Part shown: piece after piece, positions 1 through 10,307 of the stretch
How positions within the stretch are numbered: position 1 is the first letter of the stretch
Layout of the letters: every line of letters begins with the position of its first letter
IMG/VR virus record: IMGVR_UViG_3300025631_000005
Span: 9,996-73,995 of that record
Reading direction: 5' to 3' (one strand)
DNA: 64,000 nucleotides
Origin: a virus
Taxonomy: Duplodnaviria > Caudoviricetes
Made by a program: the position numbers and the translations under genes
Notes under the pieces: model-generated
The model's database searches: none
Told to the model about the DNA's origin: nothing
The model's input: the letters and a program-made list of their open reading frames with translations, nothing else

Positions 1-213
1 AACACATCGTTAGACAAGGAGGAGTCCAATGCGCAGAAGAGCGCCGAAGAGACTGATACGACAGAAACGTGTTAGAGTCGATCCGTTGCTGCAGGCTGCT
101 TGCGAATTTCTGTTGCCGTACCCCTACTGCAACGAAATGGCAGAGAGACTTCAGAAGGAGATCGGCGATAGCAGGAGGCTTTGCGTCAACCCTGATTTTA
201 CAGTCAATCACCG

Positions 214-1092
214 ATGTCATCTGATAAATTTGGTTTATTGTTCGTAGACGTGAGCGACGACGGCAGCCTAGCCGTCGCCAGCGGTCATAATCTGGTCGCT
301 GTCTTTGATATAGTGTGCTACAGACATATCCAAACCCTGGACAGAAAGCTGTGCGCTGCCGTCTGCCATGCGGTATTCGACTCCGACGAGTCCAAAATCC
401 ACGTCGTAATGTACGACGGCAGGCTGCGTACTTGGGATTTCCTGAAGGATAAACTGGCCGAAAACGTCCGTCTACCCGTCGGACCCATCACCTCGACGGC
501 TGTCGCCAGCGACAGACAGTCGATCCTGCTCGGGGACGCCAAAGGTCGTTTGGCCGTTTTCCATCCTCGTCTTAAACGGGCGGAGCCGATCGGCCATTGC
601 CCGTTTCTGATCACGACGACCGCTTTGAGCGAGAGCGGACGCCTCGCCGCAGTCGGAGACATGGATCGGAATATCTACATTTGGGATACGAAGACCAAGC
701 AGGCCGTCGTCCAGTATCATTTGCCTTCCACTCCCCTCAGCGCGAATATCCGCGGCAGCAAGGCGATATTTGGCCTCAGTAACGGCAAGCTGGCTGTAGT
801 CGACTATGACGACTGCCAGTTGGTGCCTACTGTGCTGAAGAGAAAAAAGATCGTCGGTATGGACGCCGACGACCAGCGTGTAATTGCGGCAAGCGCCGGC
901 GGTTCAATCGCGGTCATGCACCGGCAGGACGGCCGATTCGAGTTGTCCAGACTGCTCAAATCACACATGATAAGGGCGATACGTCTGATCCGACCATGCA
1001 AGCTGGCCGCCATATCCGCCATCTACTCCGGAGACCTGCTGGTGTTCGACTTGGAGCAGGCGACGCTTAAGCGCCGTATTTGCGCTGGATAA
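214..1092 (+). CDS. WD40/beta-propeller repeat protein
   Basis: Repeated ~40-aa units ending VFD/TWD/IWD, e.g. RLAAVGDMDRNIYIWDTKT, LAVASGHNLVAVFD. Confidence 0.75.
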   Translation: MSSDKFGLLFVDVSDDGSLAVASGHNLVAVFDIVCYRHIQTLDRKLCAAVCHAVFDSDESKIHVVMYDGRLRTWDFLKDKLAENVRLPVGPITSTAVASDRQSILLGDAKGRLAVFHPRLKRAEPIGHCPFLITTTALSESGRLAAVGDMDRNIYIWDTKTKQAVVQYHLPSTPLSANIRGSKAIFGLSNGKLAVVDYDDCQLVPTVLKRKKIVGMDADDQRVIAASAGGSIAVMHRQDGRFELSRLLKSHMIRAIRLIRPCKLAAISAIYSGDLLVFDLEQATLKRRICAG

Positions 1093-1227
1093 CCTATCTG
1101 GTAGCCGATATTGCAGCCGGCTATCCGATGCAGACCATTACGGTTTTCGTGCGATAAAATGACACCGTATATAGCCCAGAGATCGCCAGTATGGGGCGGT
1201 TAATTCCAGAGAACGGCTAGAAAGGAG

Positions 1228-1434
1228 ATGTCTATGTGTAATGAGTTTATAGCAGAAACATTGTTGAGCGTGCCGATCGATAGCGGCGTCATCGAAAAGA
1301 TCCAAAGTGATGTAATCGAGATGTCAAAGCAGGTGAGCGACAATCTCAGCGTCGATGCGGTCGCTGAGAGTATCAGTTGGAAATGGAGAGGAGTTTTGAA
1401 TCCAGATTCAAAAAACGGAGGCGCTGAAGAATGA
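1228..1434 (+). CDS. small hypothetical protein
   Basis: AAGGAG just upstream; stop overlaps next ATG (ATGA); 3' end contains a palindrome copy. Confidence 0.55.
   Translation: MSMCNEFIAETLLSVPIDSGVIEKIQSDVIEMSKQVSDNLSVDAVAESISWKWRGVLNPDSKNGGAEE
1394..1413. repeat. 20-bp palindrome copy 1 (one mismatch, TCCAGA core)
   Basis: TTTTGAATCCAGATTCAAAA inside 3' end of 1228-1434. Confidence 0.85.
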
Positions 1435-1799
1435 AAAGAGAAAACCCGAAGCGGCACAAGGTCGTTCTTTTCAAGGACGAAGATGGAGAGATCAGCGGTG
1501 CGGCTTCTGACCTGCCGAGGGGCTCGATGGTCATTGTCGTCCCCTGCTACTGCGGTACGAAGCTCGACTGGCTGCATTACCAGCAGTTCCGTTTCCATCA
1601 TCCTATCGTGATTGTGAAGCGCAGCAGTCCGGATTCGGACTACGCGAAGTTCCTTGTGCTGCGCGACGACGGCTATGACAGTCACGTTGCGACCATACAA
1701 GGCCAGTTCTCATCGGAAGAACTTGCGCAGTACCTTCGAGATCTCGGTTTCACCAACGTCAAGATCGACGAAGACCGGGAAGTCGATTACGACGATTGA
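1431..1799 (+). CDS. hypothetical protein, weak paralog of 1845-2231
   Basis: C-terminal LRDLGFTNVKI vs LSELGFQNVEV. Confidence 0.65.
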   Translation: MKRENPKRHKVVLFKDEDGEISGAASDLPRGSMVIVVPCYCGTKLDWLHYQQFRFHHPIVIVKRSSPDSDYAKFLVLRDDGYDSHVATIQGQFSSEELAQYLRDLGFTNVKIDEDREVDYDD

Positions 1800-1844
1800 T
1801 GGAGTCGACCACGAAAAAGAGGACTACGAAAATAAAGGAGGACT

Positions 1845-2231
1845 ATGAGTTCGACAGCGAGGACGGAGCCGCGTCGTGAACAACACGACGACGGCCCGGC
1901 GGCTAAAAAGCGTATTGTGATCTTCGATTCCGGCAAATACGGCGTTTCAGTCGTGGCATTGGATAATCCGGAGGAGTTCGAAATCATACTGCTGACACAG
2001 CGTGGAGACGCTGTCACGAGGCTGAGCGCGACCGCGATTCGCTTCGACGCCCGGCTTCAAGTGGTAGAGATGCCTGAAAACGGCGGTAATTCCGTCTGTA
2101 TCAGACTCATTGAGCCTCCAGACGGAGAGATTCTGCACGCGGTCGGGAAAGTGACGGCTGGGGCTGTGGTCGACGAGCTTTCCGAGCTCGGCTTTCAGAA
2201 CGTCGAAGTCGTCGCTTTACGTAAGATCTGA
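1845..2231 (+). CDS. hypothetical protein, weak paralog of 1431-1799
   Basis: AAGGAG RBS; shared LGFxNV motif. Confidence 0.65.
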   Translation: MSSTARTEPRREQHDDGPAAKKRIVIFDSGKYGVSVVALDNPEEFEIILLTQRGDAVTRLSATAIRFDARLQVVEMPENGGNSVCIRLIEPPDGEILHAVGKVTAGAVVDELSELGFQNVEVVALRKI

Positions 2232-2274
2232 AGTCAAAAACTTCTGTTGATCGTTGAGTAGAAAGGAGATGCAA

Positions 2275-3543
2275 ATGCTCGGCTCATCGGTTCTGGGTAT
2301 GCTTTTGAAAGCGAAGTCGGACGATGTTGATGCCGTTGTGGAAAGAATCCGAAAGGATGTAAAGTCGCTGAAGACGCTGGCCGACGGCAGCCTTACAGAC
2401 GAAGAGCAAGCGCAGATCCGGCGATGGTTCTTCGCATTCGGCGACAAAGCTGACCCTACCAGTGTTTACGATTTTGTGTACCGGCTCAAAACGCAGCCGA
2501 GGTCGGTAAAATCGTTCGTCTCGCGGTGTCTTCGCAGCGAGTGCAGCGTCATCCGGGCGTTCGCCTGCCGTGCGGCGGCGCGTTTGTTGAGTACGGGGAG
2601 ATGTCCGTTCTCCAAGGCGGCTGTGGTGTCGGCGGCGAAATCGGTGCTGAAGAAGCTGCCTGGGGTTTATATAGAGACGTCGATGCTGAATTTGCTCTAC
2701 AGGCTTGCGCCTGACGAATATCGTACCGCCGCCAGGGCGCTTCTACGGCGTGCTGTGGCCGAAGCACATGCGAACGCGCCGTTGGTCCTAATCGAGTTCG
2801 GCAAGTTCTACGATCTTTTGCCGTATGCCGTCGATCTGATACTCAAGAACCTGGACCGGAGGTCTCCGGGTTACAGAGAGTCCCTTTTGTGCAATATCAT
2901 ATCTTTGGTCGTTCGCGCAGGCTGCGAGCTTCCACGCTCGACGGCTCGCAAGCTCGTCGTGAAGACGCTGGACTGCATGAAGGCGAATGTGTTCGCGTGC
3001 CGGACAGTTGTGCTGTACCTGTGGTCGCTCCTTGACGTTTGGCGCAAAAACCGCAATCTGATCAAGTCGATCAGCGAGGACGTTTTGCGGTATCCGTCCA
3101 ACGCGGTCAGGCCCGCCAATAATATCCTTCTCGCCATACTCAAAGCCAGATTGAAGCACGACGTCTATGGCAACTGCTCGATCAGCCTTCCCGAATTGAT
3201 CAGCAGCTGTCTCAATAACGAGTATTGCAAAGACAGTGATGTACGGCTCTGGACGTTGACCGCGCTTATTAGATTGGCCGCGCATGTCGTAGACATCCGC
3301 CAATGCGCCAAGCTGATCAGCCAGCTGCCGAATAGAGGGGCGGCGGAAAGCTATCAGTTCGTCTATCTGGACCTGCCGGCCGAGCGGTTTGTGGACCTGT
3401 TGAACCTTCTCCGTCCCAAAAGACGCGCCATTGTCCTGCGGTCTGTCGCCGGATTCTGGTCTACAGTCGACAAGGGTTTGGTGCACAAGCTGACGCCTGA
3501 CGTGGACCCGATGGAGGTGGAACAGGTTGTTCGGTTCATCTAA
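2275..3543 (+). CDS. alpha-helical (ARM/HEAT-like) hypothetical protein, paralog 1 of 3
   Basis: AAGGAG 2263-2268 favours ATG 2275; shares KSxVSRCLRS, GxCPFSKA, LPxxTARKLV, LLDxWRKN, LRYP with the next two genes. Confidence 0.75.
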   Translation: MLGSSVLGMLLKAKSDDVDAVVERIRKDVKSLKTLADGSLTDEEQAQIRRWFFAFGDKADPTSVYDFVYRLKTQPRSVKSFVSRCLRSECSVIRAFACRAAARLLSTGRCPFSKAAVVSAAKSVLKKLPGVYIETSMLNLLYRLAPDEYRTAARALLRRAVAEAHANAPLVLIEFGKFYDLLPYAVDLILKNLDRRSPGYRESLLCNIISLVVRAGCELPRSTARKLVVKTLDCMKANVFACRTVVLYLWSLLDVWRKNRNLIKSISEDVLRYPSNAVRPANNILLAILKARLKHDVYGNCSISLPELISSCLNNEYCKDSDVRLWTLTALIRLAAHVVDIRQCAKLISQLPNRGAAESYQFVYLDLPAERFVDLLNLLRPKRRAIVLRSVAGFWSTVDKGLVHKLTPDVDPMEVEQVVRFI

Positions 3544-3587
3544 CCGAGCGGCTTGAATACGAACGGCTGCCTGGTTATCGTCGATCT

Positions 3588-3617
3588 GGCGGGCGCTGCC
3601 GTCAAGCGGCGCCCGCC
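3588..3617 (+). terminator. GC-rich intergenic hairpin (possible terminator)
   Basis: 12-bp stem GGCGGGCGCTGC/GCGGCGCCCGCC, 6-nt loop, weak U tract. Confidence 0.4.
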
Positions 3618-3682
3618 CGACTTGTTGTGTGGCTGTTTTGACTGCTGTGAAATCTCGAAGTTTGATGGAAAGGAGAACGAGA

Positions 3683-4981
3683 GTGCCTAGTTTGCTCGGT
3701 ATAGATATGGCATGGGCGACGCGGCGGGTAGGCGCTTATATTTTCGAAAGGATCTCCAAAGATGCGCCGGCGATGCTGGAAATAGGCAAAAAGTGGCTCA
3801 AAGGGGGCAAGTTGTCCGATTATCAGCGCAGATTGCGTAAGTTTACCGACCAGGAGTATGGGGCGTCTGACAGCGTCGGAGCGCTCCTGTACTGGATCAA
3901 TAGGGATCCGAAGTCGGCGAAGTCGCTTGTCTCGCGGTGTCTCCGAAGCAAGCGTATGATTGTCAGAGCGTTCGGGTGCTACGCCGCGGAGCGGCTGTTG
4001 AAAACGGGAAAATGCCCGTTCTCTAAGGCTACTGTGGTGTCGGCGGCGAGGTCTGTGCTGCGGGAAGTTCGGAGCTATCCTGAGATCCAGCTGGCGGCTA
4101 AGATGCTGCAGCTGATTCAGAACCTTGAGCCGAAGGTCTACTGTGCGGCGGCCGAGTCATTTATACGCCGTATTACAGCCGACTGCGGTTTAACGTACGT
4201 GACCGATGCTGTTGAGCACTGCAAGCTCTACGATTTCGTCCCGCTCGCCACCGAGCTGATGCTCAAACAGCTCAATCGGGACAGACTGGTGCATAAAGCA
4301 GCCTGTTTACACCGTGTTTTGTTTTTCCTCGTGCGCGGGGAATACGAGCTGCCGGGAGCGACAGCCCGCAAACTCGTTACAACGACCCTGGATTGCATGG
4401 AGCTCGACGATTTCATGTTCCATGACGTTATGATGCTTCTGTGGCCGCTCCTCGATATTTGGCGTAAAAACCCTGAGCTGTCTGAGACGGTCAACAAAAC
4501 CATTCTGCGCTACCCCTACGACAACGTCGCCTCTGTCCATAAACCCCTTCTCGCCGCGCTCAAGGTGCGGGCGGAGTACGACATGACCGGCGCCTATACC
4601 CGTCTTGCTGAATTGGTTGGGTATTGTTGCGTCGACGGCGATTACCACGGTCTGGTATCTCCATCATTGCGGGCCGTTCTTCTCAAAGCGGCTGCGTATG
4701 TCGGAGATGTCGATCAATGCGCTATCACGCTTGCCGATCGAATGAGCGACGATGAAGTGTTGGACCAAGGATATATCGCCTACCTGGATATGACGATGGA
4801 GCAGTTCAAGCGGCTGCTGGATCGGCTCCCCGTCAGCAGACGTGAACTCGTCTTACAGTCTGTTTCGGAGTTCTTAAACTTGCTCGATTACGAGTTGATG
4901 TTCAAGGAGGTCAGAAAAGGCTTCGCAATTACGTTTGACAATGTCGATCAGGCTCTCGCTTCAGCCGAGCGGCCGGTCTAA
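3683..4981 (+). CDS. alpha-helical hypothetical protein, paralog 2 of 3
   Basis: AAGGAG before in-frame GTG 3683 (ORF track starts at 3629); same family motifs. Confidence 0.75.
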   Translation: MPSLLGIDMAWATRRVGAYIFERISKDAPAMLEIGKKWLKGGKLSDYQRRLRKFTDQEYGASDSVGALLYWINRDPKSAKSLVSRCLRSKRMIVRAFGCYAAERLLKTGKCPFSKATVVSAARSVLREVRSYPEIQLAAKMLQLIQNLEPKVYCAAAESFIRRITADCGLTYVTDAVEHCKLYDFVPLATELMLKQLNRDRLVHKAACLHRVLFFLVRGEYELPGATARKLVTTTLDCMELDDFMFHDVMMLLWPLLDIWRKNPELSETVNKTILRYPYDNVASVHKPLLAALKVRAEYDMTGAYTRLAELVGYCCVDGDYHGLVSPSLRAVLLKAAAYVGDVDQCAITLADRMSDDEVLDQGYIAYLDMTMEQFKRLLDRLPVSRRELVLQSVSEFLNLLDYELMFKEVRKGFAITFDNVDQALASAERPV

Positions 4982-5084
4982 GAAGAACCGACAGACGAGG
5001 CGATGTCGGTTGGTCGCGGATTCGGTTTACTGTTTGTTATGTGACTGTTTCAGTCGGTATGAAGTCTAAAGAAAGGAGATACCG

Positions 5085-6368
5085 ATGAACGGTTTGTATG
5101 ACATGGATATGCAGCGGGTGGCGGAATTTGCGAGCAGCGATGTCTTCGAAAGCGCTCACGGAGACGCGTCGACGATATGGGAGATGGTCAAGGACTGCTC
5201 TGAGGCTAGGGATCGACTCGACAGTAATCTCGGGCTGTCCTTGTTCGCCGACTGGATGTATGCGGCGTCTAATGACGCCTATGCGTTCCTGTACTGGATC
5301 AATAGGGACCCGGAGTTGGCGAAATCGCTCGTTTCGCACTGTCTTCGAAGCAAGAAGCTGCGTGTCAGACTGGATGCGTGCCTTGCCGCCGAGCGGTTGT
5401 TGAAGAAGGGAAAGTGCCCGTTCTCCAAGGCCGTTGTGGCGTCGGCGGCGAAGTCTGTGCTGCGGGAGGTCTCTGATCACTATCTGGCGGCTTCACTGTT
5501 GCGGCTGATCCAGAGACTTTCGCCGGAGGACTACTGTGCGACGGTCAAGTCGTTCCTGCGTCGTGCTGTAAACACCCGATACATAGGGTGTGTGATCGAC
5601 GTTATCGAGAGAGGCAGGCTCTATGCTTTTGTGCCGTTTGTCGTTGAGCTCGTTCTCAAGAAGTTGCATGAGAAGCGCCCGGCGGACAGCCTGTATGTCC
5701 TGCGTCATATCATGTCTCTCATTATGCGTGCGGAGTGCGACCTACCGGCGACGACGGCCAGAAAGCTCGTTGTGAGATTTCTGGATTGTCTGACCGACGA
5801 GTATGCGTTCTCGGAAGTCATGTTGCACCTGTGGCCCCTTCTTGACATCTGGCGTAAAAACCCTGATCTCACCAAGGCGGTCGGAAAGGCCATCCTGCGC
5901 TATCCCTATGGTAATGTCACCCCTGTCAATAAGCCCCTTCTCGCCGCGCTTAAAGTGCGGGCGAAGTACGACGCCACCGGCGATTCGGCCTCCCTTGCGA
6001 CGTTGGCCGACTACTGTTTCGGCGATGCCGACGGCGGCGACGGTCGCAGTCAAGCCCTGCAGCGCTCGTTGCGGGTCTTGTTCCTCAGAACGGCCGCATA
6101 CGTCGGGGCTGTCGGCCAATGCGCCGACACGCTTATCAACCGAATGAGCGACAGCAATGTGCTGGACTATGGCTATATCGTCTATCTGAGCATGGAGATC
6201 AACGGATTTATGCAGCTGTTGGACCGGCTCGATCGCGCTCCTGAGAAACGCAAGCTCCTCTTACGGTCCGTTGCGCGGTTCTTAGACGTGCTCGGCTATG
6301 AGGCGATAGCCAGAACAGCCATGACAAACAGCTACAATCGGTTGTTCTCGACAGTTGACGAAGATTAG
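5085..6368 (+). CDS. alpha-helical hypothetical protein, paralog 3 of 3
   Basis: AAGGAG RBS; long near-identical blocks with 3683-4981 (LWPLLDIWRKNP, KPLLAALKVRA). Confidence 0.75.
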   Translation: MNGLYDMDMQRVAEFASSDVFESAHGDASTIWEMVKDCSEARDRLDSNLGLSLFADWMYAASNDAYAFLYWINRDPELAKSLVSHCLRSKKLRVRLDACLAAERLLKKGKCPFSKAVVASAAKSVLREVSDHYLAASLLRLIQRLSPEDYCATVKSFLRRAVNTRYIGCVIDVIERGRLYAFVPFVVELVLKKLHEKRPADSLYVLRHIMSLIMRAECDLPATTARKLVVRFLDCLTDEYAFSEVMLHLWPLLDIWRKNPDLTKAVGKAILRYPYGNVTPVNKPLLAALKVRAKYDATGDSASLATLADYCFGDADGGDGRSQALQRSLRVLFLRTAAYVGAVGQCADTLINRMSDSNVLDYGYIVYLSMEINGFMQLLDRLDRAPEKRKLLLRSVARFLDVLGYEAIARTAMTNSYNRLFSTVDED

Positions 6369-6430
6369 ACTGAGAGGAACCGATAGGCAAGACGCCATCG
6401 GCTGACTGCTGGTTCGGCGTATTGCCAGGG

Positions 6431-6466
6431 CAGGTGGGCGCCGCCGAGCGGCGCCCACCTGTTTTT
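6431..6466 (+). terminator. intrinsic terminator abutting palindrome copy
   Basis: 13-bp perfect stem CAGGTGGGCGCCG/CGGCGCCCACCTG followed by TTTTT. Confidence 0.7.
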
Positions 6467-6482
6467 GAATCCGGATTCAAAA
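6463..6482. repeat. 20-bp palindrome copy 2 (extends to 28 bp, 6459-6486)
   Basis: Exact; intergenic. Confidence 0.95.
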
Positions 6483-6502
6483 ACAGAAATTTTTTGAACC
6501 GC

Positions 6503-6531
6503 TTGCAATCTTCGCCGGACCAAGGTAGATT
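6503..6531 (+). promoter_or_regulatory. putative sigma70-type promoter for the helicase/primase operon
   Basis: TTGCAA-17 nt-TAGATT; inverted repeat GCAATCT/AGATTGC overlaps both boxes. Confidence 0.45.
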
Positions 6532-6565
6532 GCCTTTTACCTGACGACCTGGCGGAGTTCAGCAG

Positions 6566-8110
6566 ATGATAAAACAAGCCCATATCGATCGTATCGACTC
6601 GCTGCTGGTCCTATCCTCAGACGGCGAGCGACCGATTGATGACAAGGAGCTCCTTTATGAGCTTACGCGAAAACTACAGTTTACTAAGGTCAATCTTAAG
6701 TTCGCTGGTAAGTTTTCCAGGGAATTCAAAACCTGCGCCCTGTACGCCTTGGACGACCAGAACAGGATCGTCTGTCAGGTCGGCTGGTTGGACGCAATCT
6801 GCCGCCTACTAAATAAGCACGGCTATGCTGTCGATTTGTGCGATAAGTCTTCGCCTCTACCTCGACCGGACTGCTACGAGGAAGACTGGGAAGGGCTGGA
6901 GCGGAATTTCCAGTTTCGACCTGCACAAAAAGAGTGCATTGTTGCTATTTCTGAGCGCATCAGCAAGCGATTAGGCGGCGTCGTCGAAGCTCCGACGGCT
7001 TTTGGTAAGACCAAAGTGATCTCCATGATCTGCACTCTATACCCAAAAGCCAAGATCGACGTCGTCACAAGCGGTCTTGAGCTTATCCACGACCTACGGC
7101 GACATCTGCTGACGGTTACTCCCGAAGTGGGGGTGATCGGTGGCGGCGGTAAAGACGAACGTCGGATTACGGTTGTGTCCGACAAAAGCATGGCTTACAG
7201 TAACTTCGAGGCGGACATCGTCCTGGTGGACGAGGTCCATAAAATGATGACCGATAGGTCCGCCGGGCTGTTGAGCCGCTACAAGCACGCCTGCATGTTC
7301 GGCTTTACGGCGACCAAAGAAACCCGGATCGACAACGCCCACCGTCGAATGGAAGGCATTTTCGGGCCGACCATCTTCAAGATCGACTGGAAAAAGGCTG
7401 TCGAGCTTGGTCTGATCGTACCAGTTCAGGTTATATGGATACCAGTCAATCTGGGGACTCTCGTTTCCCGGTATTACGAGTCTGTGATTCGCAGAAAGCG
7501 GTTCGGGTATTGGAGAAACTTGGAAAGAAACCAGGCTATCGCGAAAGTAGCCAGAGCTTTCTACCAGGAGGGTTTTCAGACCCTGATTCTTGTCGAAACC
7601 GTCGAGCATCTTCTTTACCTGCACGAGCTGCTGCCGGAATTCGCCATTTGCTACGGCAGCCTGGAGCTGAGCGGCAGAAAGCTGGAGATGTTCCGGCGCC
7701 GGGGTCTTCTCAAGGACGTCCATCCGCTCACTCAAAGGGATCGGATGCAGCTCAAAGCGAGGTTTGAACAGCAGGATCTGATGGGCGCTATCGCCACTCC
7801 GATCTGGACTCATGGGGTCAGCTTCGACGCCTTGCAGGTCCTGATCCGAGCCGACGGCGGCGACAGCATGACGAACAACTATCAGTGGCCCGGTCGGGTC
7901 ACAAGAATAGACCCGAAAACAGGAAAATCGTACGGTATTGTGGTGGATTTTGAAGACTTGTTCGATCCGTGGGCTTTGGCCAGAAGTCGGAGAAGGAGAC
8001 AAGCCTATGCCAAGGCGGCCTGGAATCAAAAAACTATTGGCAGACAAGCCGATCAAGCAGAAGACGACGAAAGCCGGTCCTACAGCGAAAATAGAACCTC
8101 CGGCGGATGA
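6566..8110 (+). CDS. superfamily 2 DExH helicase (UvsW-like)
   Basis: APTAFGKT, LVDEVH, FGFTAT, QWPGRVTR motifs. Confidence 0.9.
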   Translation: MIKQAHIDRIDSLLVLSSDGERPIDDKELLYELTRKLQFTKVNLKFAGKFSREFKTCALYALDDQNRIVCQVGWLDAICRLLNKHGYAVDLCDKSSPLPRPDCYEEDWEGLERNFQFRPAQKECIVAISERISKRLGGVVEAPTAFGKTKVISMICTLYPKAKIDVVTSGLELIHDLRRHLLTVTPEVGVIGGGGKDERRITVVSDKSMAYSNFEADIVLVDEVHKMMTDRSAGLLSRYKHACMFGFTATKETRIDNAHRRMEGIFGPTIFKIDWKKAVELGLIVPVQVIWIPVNLGTLVSRYYESVIRRKRFGYWRNLERNQAIAKVARAFYQEGFQTLILVETVEHLLYLHELLPEFAICYGSLELSGRKLEMFRRRGLLKDVHPLTQRDRMQLKARFEQQDLMGAIATPIWTHGVSFDALQVLIRADGGDSMTNNYQWPGRVTRIDPKTGKSYGIVVDFEDLFDPWALARSRRRRQAYAKAAWNQKTIGRQADQAEDDESRSYSENRTSGG

Positions 8111-8747
8111 ACAGTTGGCCGAGCTGGCTGCGCGTGTCCGCGCTGCGTATTTCAGAAATCGGAACTACGTTCAATGTCAGGCGAGATCCGATTACGGGAA
8201 AGGATATACTTATCCATGGGACCATAAGTCGTCCCACGGTAAGACGATATGGGAGAAAATCGCCGAGGGGCTTGTTCGACAGAACGTCACAGACCCGGAG
8301 CGATTCGTCCATGCACAGTTTGCCTACTCAAGTAGACCGGAAGGCTTATTGCCTCCGTATCTTCTCAGCGAAGACAGTCAGGAGAACTACCGAAAGTACT
8401 GTCTGTCGGCTGATACAGCGCTCCGCCGTTCGGCGGCGTCCCAGATAGCCAAGTTCAAGTGTCTTCAGGTCGAGTGCAGCCGCGTCCATCAGTCTAAAGA
8501 GGGCAGTTGCCGCGCCGTCCTTATGACCAGCACAAACGGATTGAGTCCGCTTTTCCGGTGGCTCGTGGCTGCCAGCGAGGACATGTTGGACGTGTGCAAT
8601 CACTGGGAAGAGGCTGCGGTGGTCCAGTATATGTTGGACCCGGAAGGGTATAAGAACGTTTGGTCCACGTTGTTTTCGCCGGTCTTCAGCAAATTCCTCA
8701 CGCATGTCGGACCTTACTTGATCGGCTATACGGAAGACTCAAAATAA
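8007..8747 (+). CDS. hypothetical protein in replication module
   Basis: AAGGAG 7993-7998 before in-frame ATG 8007; lies between two helicases. Confidence 0.65.
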   Translation: MPRRPGIKKLLADKPIKQKTTKAGPTAKIEPPADEQLAELAARVRAAYFRNRNYVQCQARSDYGKGYTYPWDHKSSHGKTIWEKIAEGLVRQNVTDPERFVHAQFAYSSRPEGLLPPYLLSEDSQENYRKYCLSADTALRRSAASQIAKFKCLQVECSRVHQSKEGSCRAVLMTSTNGLSPLFRWLVAASEDMLDVCNHWEEAAVVQYMLDPEGYKNVWSTLFSPVFSKFLTHVGPYLIGYTEDSK

Positions 8748-8764
8748 TCATAGAGGGTTGACTT

Positions 8765-10306
8765 ATGGCATCTATATTTGACGCTGTTTTGAGCTGCATT
8801 ATCGGTTGTGAACATGCTAGAGTCGCTGCGTTTGATCGGGTCGGCCAGGAGCATTTTCTGCCTGCCGAACAGCCGCACTATCTGATATTCGCAGCTTTAA
8901 AGCGTTATTACGATCGCTACAAGAAGATTCCGTCGAAAGAAGCGCTGCTACATATGATCGAGGCGGCGGCGCAGGCCAATCCGCTTTACTTTGCGCTGAT
9001 GCCGCAGGCCAAGGCTGTCGCGGAGGCGGCTTACTCTGGTCCGATATGCGACGAGGACTACGGGACGGAGCTTCTGCAGCAGTTCCTCATGGACAGAGAC
9101 ATCAAGCGGCCGCTGGCGGCCGCTGTGGCGGGTACTGCGGACAGCTCGGTTATGCTGCCGAATATCCTTCGGTCAGCCGAGGAAAAACTCCGCTCAGTCG
9201 AGATGTTGGACCGTCGGAATGTACCTGACGGGGCTATCCGACTTAGCCAATGGAAGGGCGATATTCTGATAGACCCCATTATGAGCGGCGTACAGTTCGT
9301 GGATGAGAATATGCCGACCGGGCCCAGGATGGTCAATGTTCTTCTTGGTCCTACCGGCGGCGGGAAGACGATCTTGGCCTGTCAGATACTTTGCGGCTGC
9401 GCCGGCGTGCAGCACGCCAACGACAAACTGGCGGGCAAGAGCCAGTCGGGTTGGTTCGGCTACTTCGGGTACGAGGGCTCGATCAAGCGGCCGCAGTCGA
9501 TCATCATCAGCCATTTGGCCAAGGTCCCGAGAAGCCGGCTGATGCAGATTACGAGTCTCAGCGAGCTGTCGACCACGGAGAAGCCGAGCCAAAGCGATAT
9601 CGACCTGTTCCGTCGAGGAGAAGTGACCAATGTCATCGGCGAACAGGAAAGGATCGAGGAGAAGAAGGAGATCATCGAAAACTACGTTCGGATCTTCAAT
9701 TTCTCCGGGGTAGACGAGGACGGTAGCGGCCACAGTTTCGGTTTCGGCGGCGTACCGGAGATCGCCGATCTGATATCCAGGGTCAACGATAAGCTGGGCG
9801 TCGGCGTCAGGTATGTAGTGATCGACTGGGCCGGAATGGTAGTGCAGAACTACTTGAGGTCCAGTAGACGACAGTTCGAGAGCAATTACACGCTGGAGCT
9901 GAGCCGATTCGTCTACGAGACCTATACGAAGATCGCTGTGCCGTTCAACTGCGCCGTCCTGGTGCTCCATCAGCTGAGAGGGGCCCTGGGCCGGACGAAA
10001 GGCTCCGTAGCATCCAGAGTGACCCACGCGGATGCAGAATGGTGCTCCAACTTCGCGGTGAACGCCTGGTATGCATTCTGCTTGGGTTACAAGGATGAAG
10101 AGACCAATATCTGCACCATATCGTGGACAAAGACCAGAGACCAACGTACCACCCCACCTGTGGTATGTCGATTGGACGGTGAGCTGTCCAGGTTCGTATC
10201 TGTGTCCGATCTCTATCAGATCGACTACGCCCTCGGCAAAATTGTTCCGCGTGAAGAAGTCAAGGCCGCAGCGACGCGCCCAACCATACGTGTAATGAGT
10301 TTCTAA
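8765..10306 (+). CDS. replicative DnaB-like (SF4) helicase
   Basis: Walker A LGPTGGGKT, Walker B VVIDWAG, LHQL motif; adjacent to primase. Confidence 0.85.
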   Translation: MASIFDAVLSCIIGCEHARVAAFDRVGQEHFLPAEQPHYLIFAALKRYYDRYKKIPSKEALLHMIEAAAQANPLYFALMPQAKAVAEAAYSGPICDEDYGTELLQQFLMDRDIKRPLAAAVAGTADSSVMLPNILRSAEEKLRSVEMLDRRNVPDGAIRLSQWKGDILIDPIMSGVQFVDENMPTGPRMVNVLLGPTGGGKTILACQILCGCAGVQHANDKLAGKSQSGWFGYFGYEGSIKRPQSIIISHLAKVPRSRLMQITSLSELSTTEKPSQSDIDLFRRGEVTNVIGEQERIEEKKEIIENYVRIFNFSGVDEDGSGHSFGFGGVPEIADLISRVNDKLGVGVRYVVIDWAGMVVQNYLRSSRRQFESNYTLELSRFVYETYTKIAVPFNCAVLVLHQLRGALGRTKGSVASRVTHADAEWCSNFAVNAWYAFCLGYKDEETNICTISWTKTRDQRTTPPVVCRLDGELSRFVSVSDLYQIDYALGKIVPREEVKAAATRPTIRVMSF

Positions 10307-10307
10307 A

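Noticed and set aside
3588-3617. Hairpin GGCGGGC...GCCCGCC as another msr copy
   Set aside because: Lacks the AG loop, the AGC context and a closing inverted repeat; fits a plain intergenic hairpin
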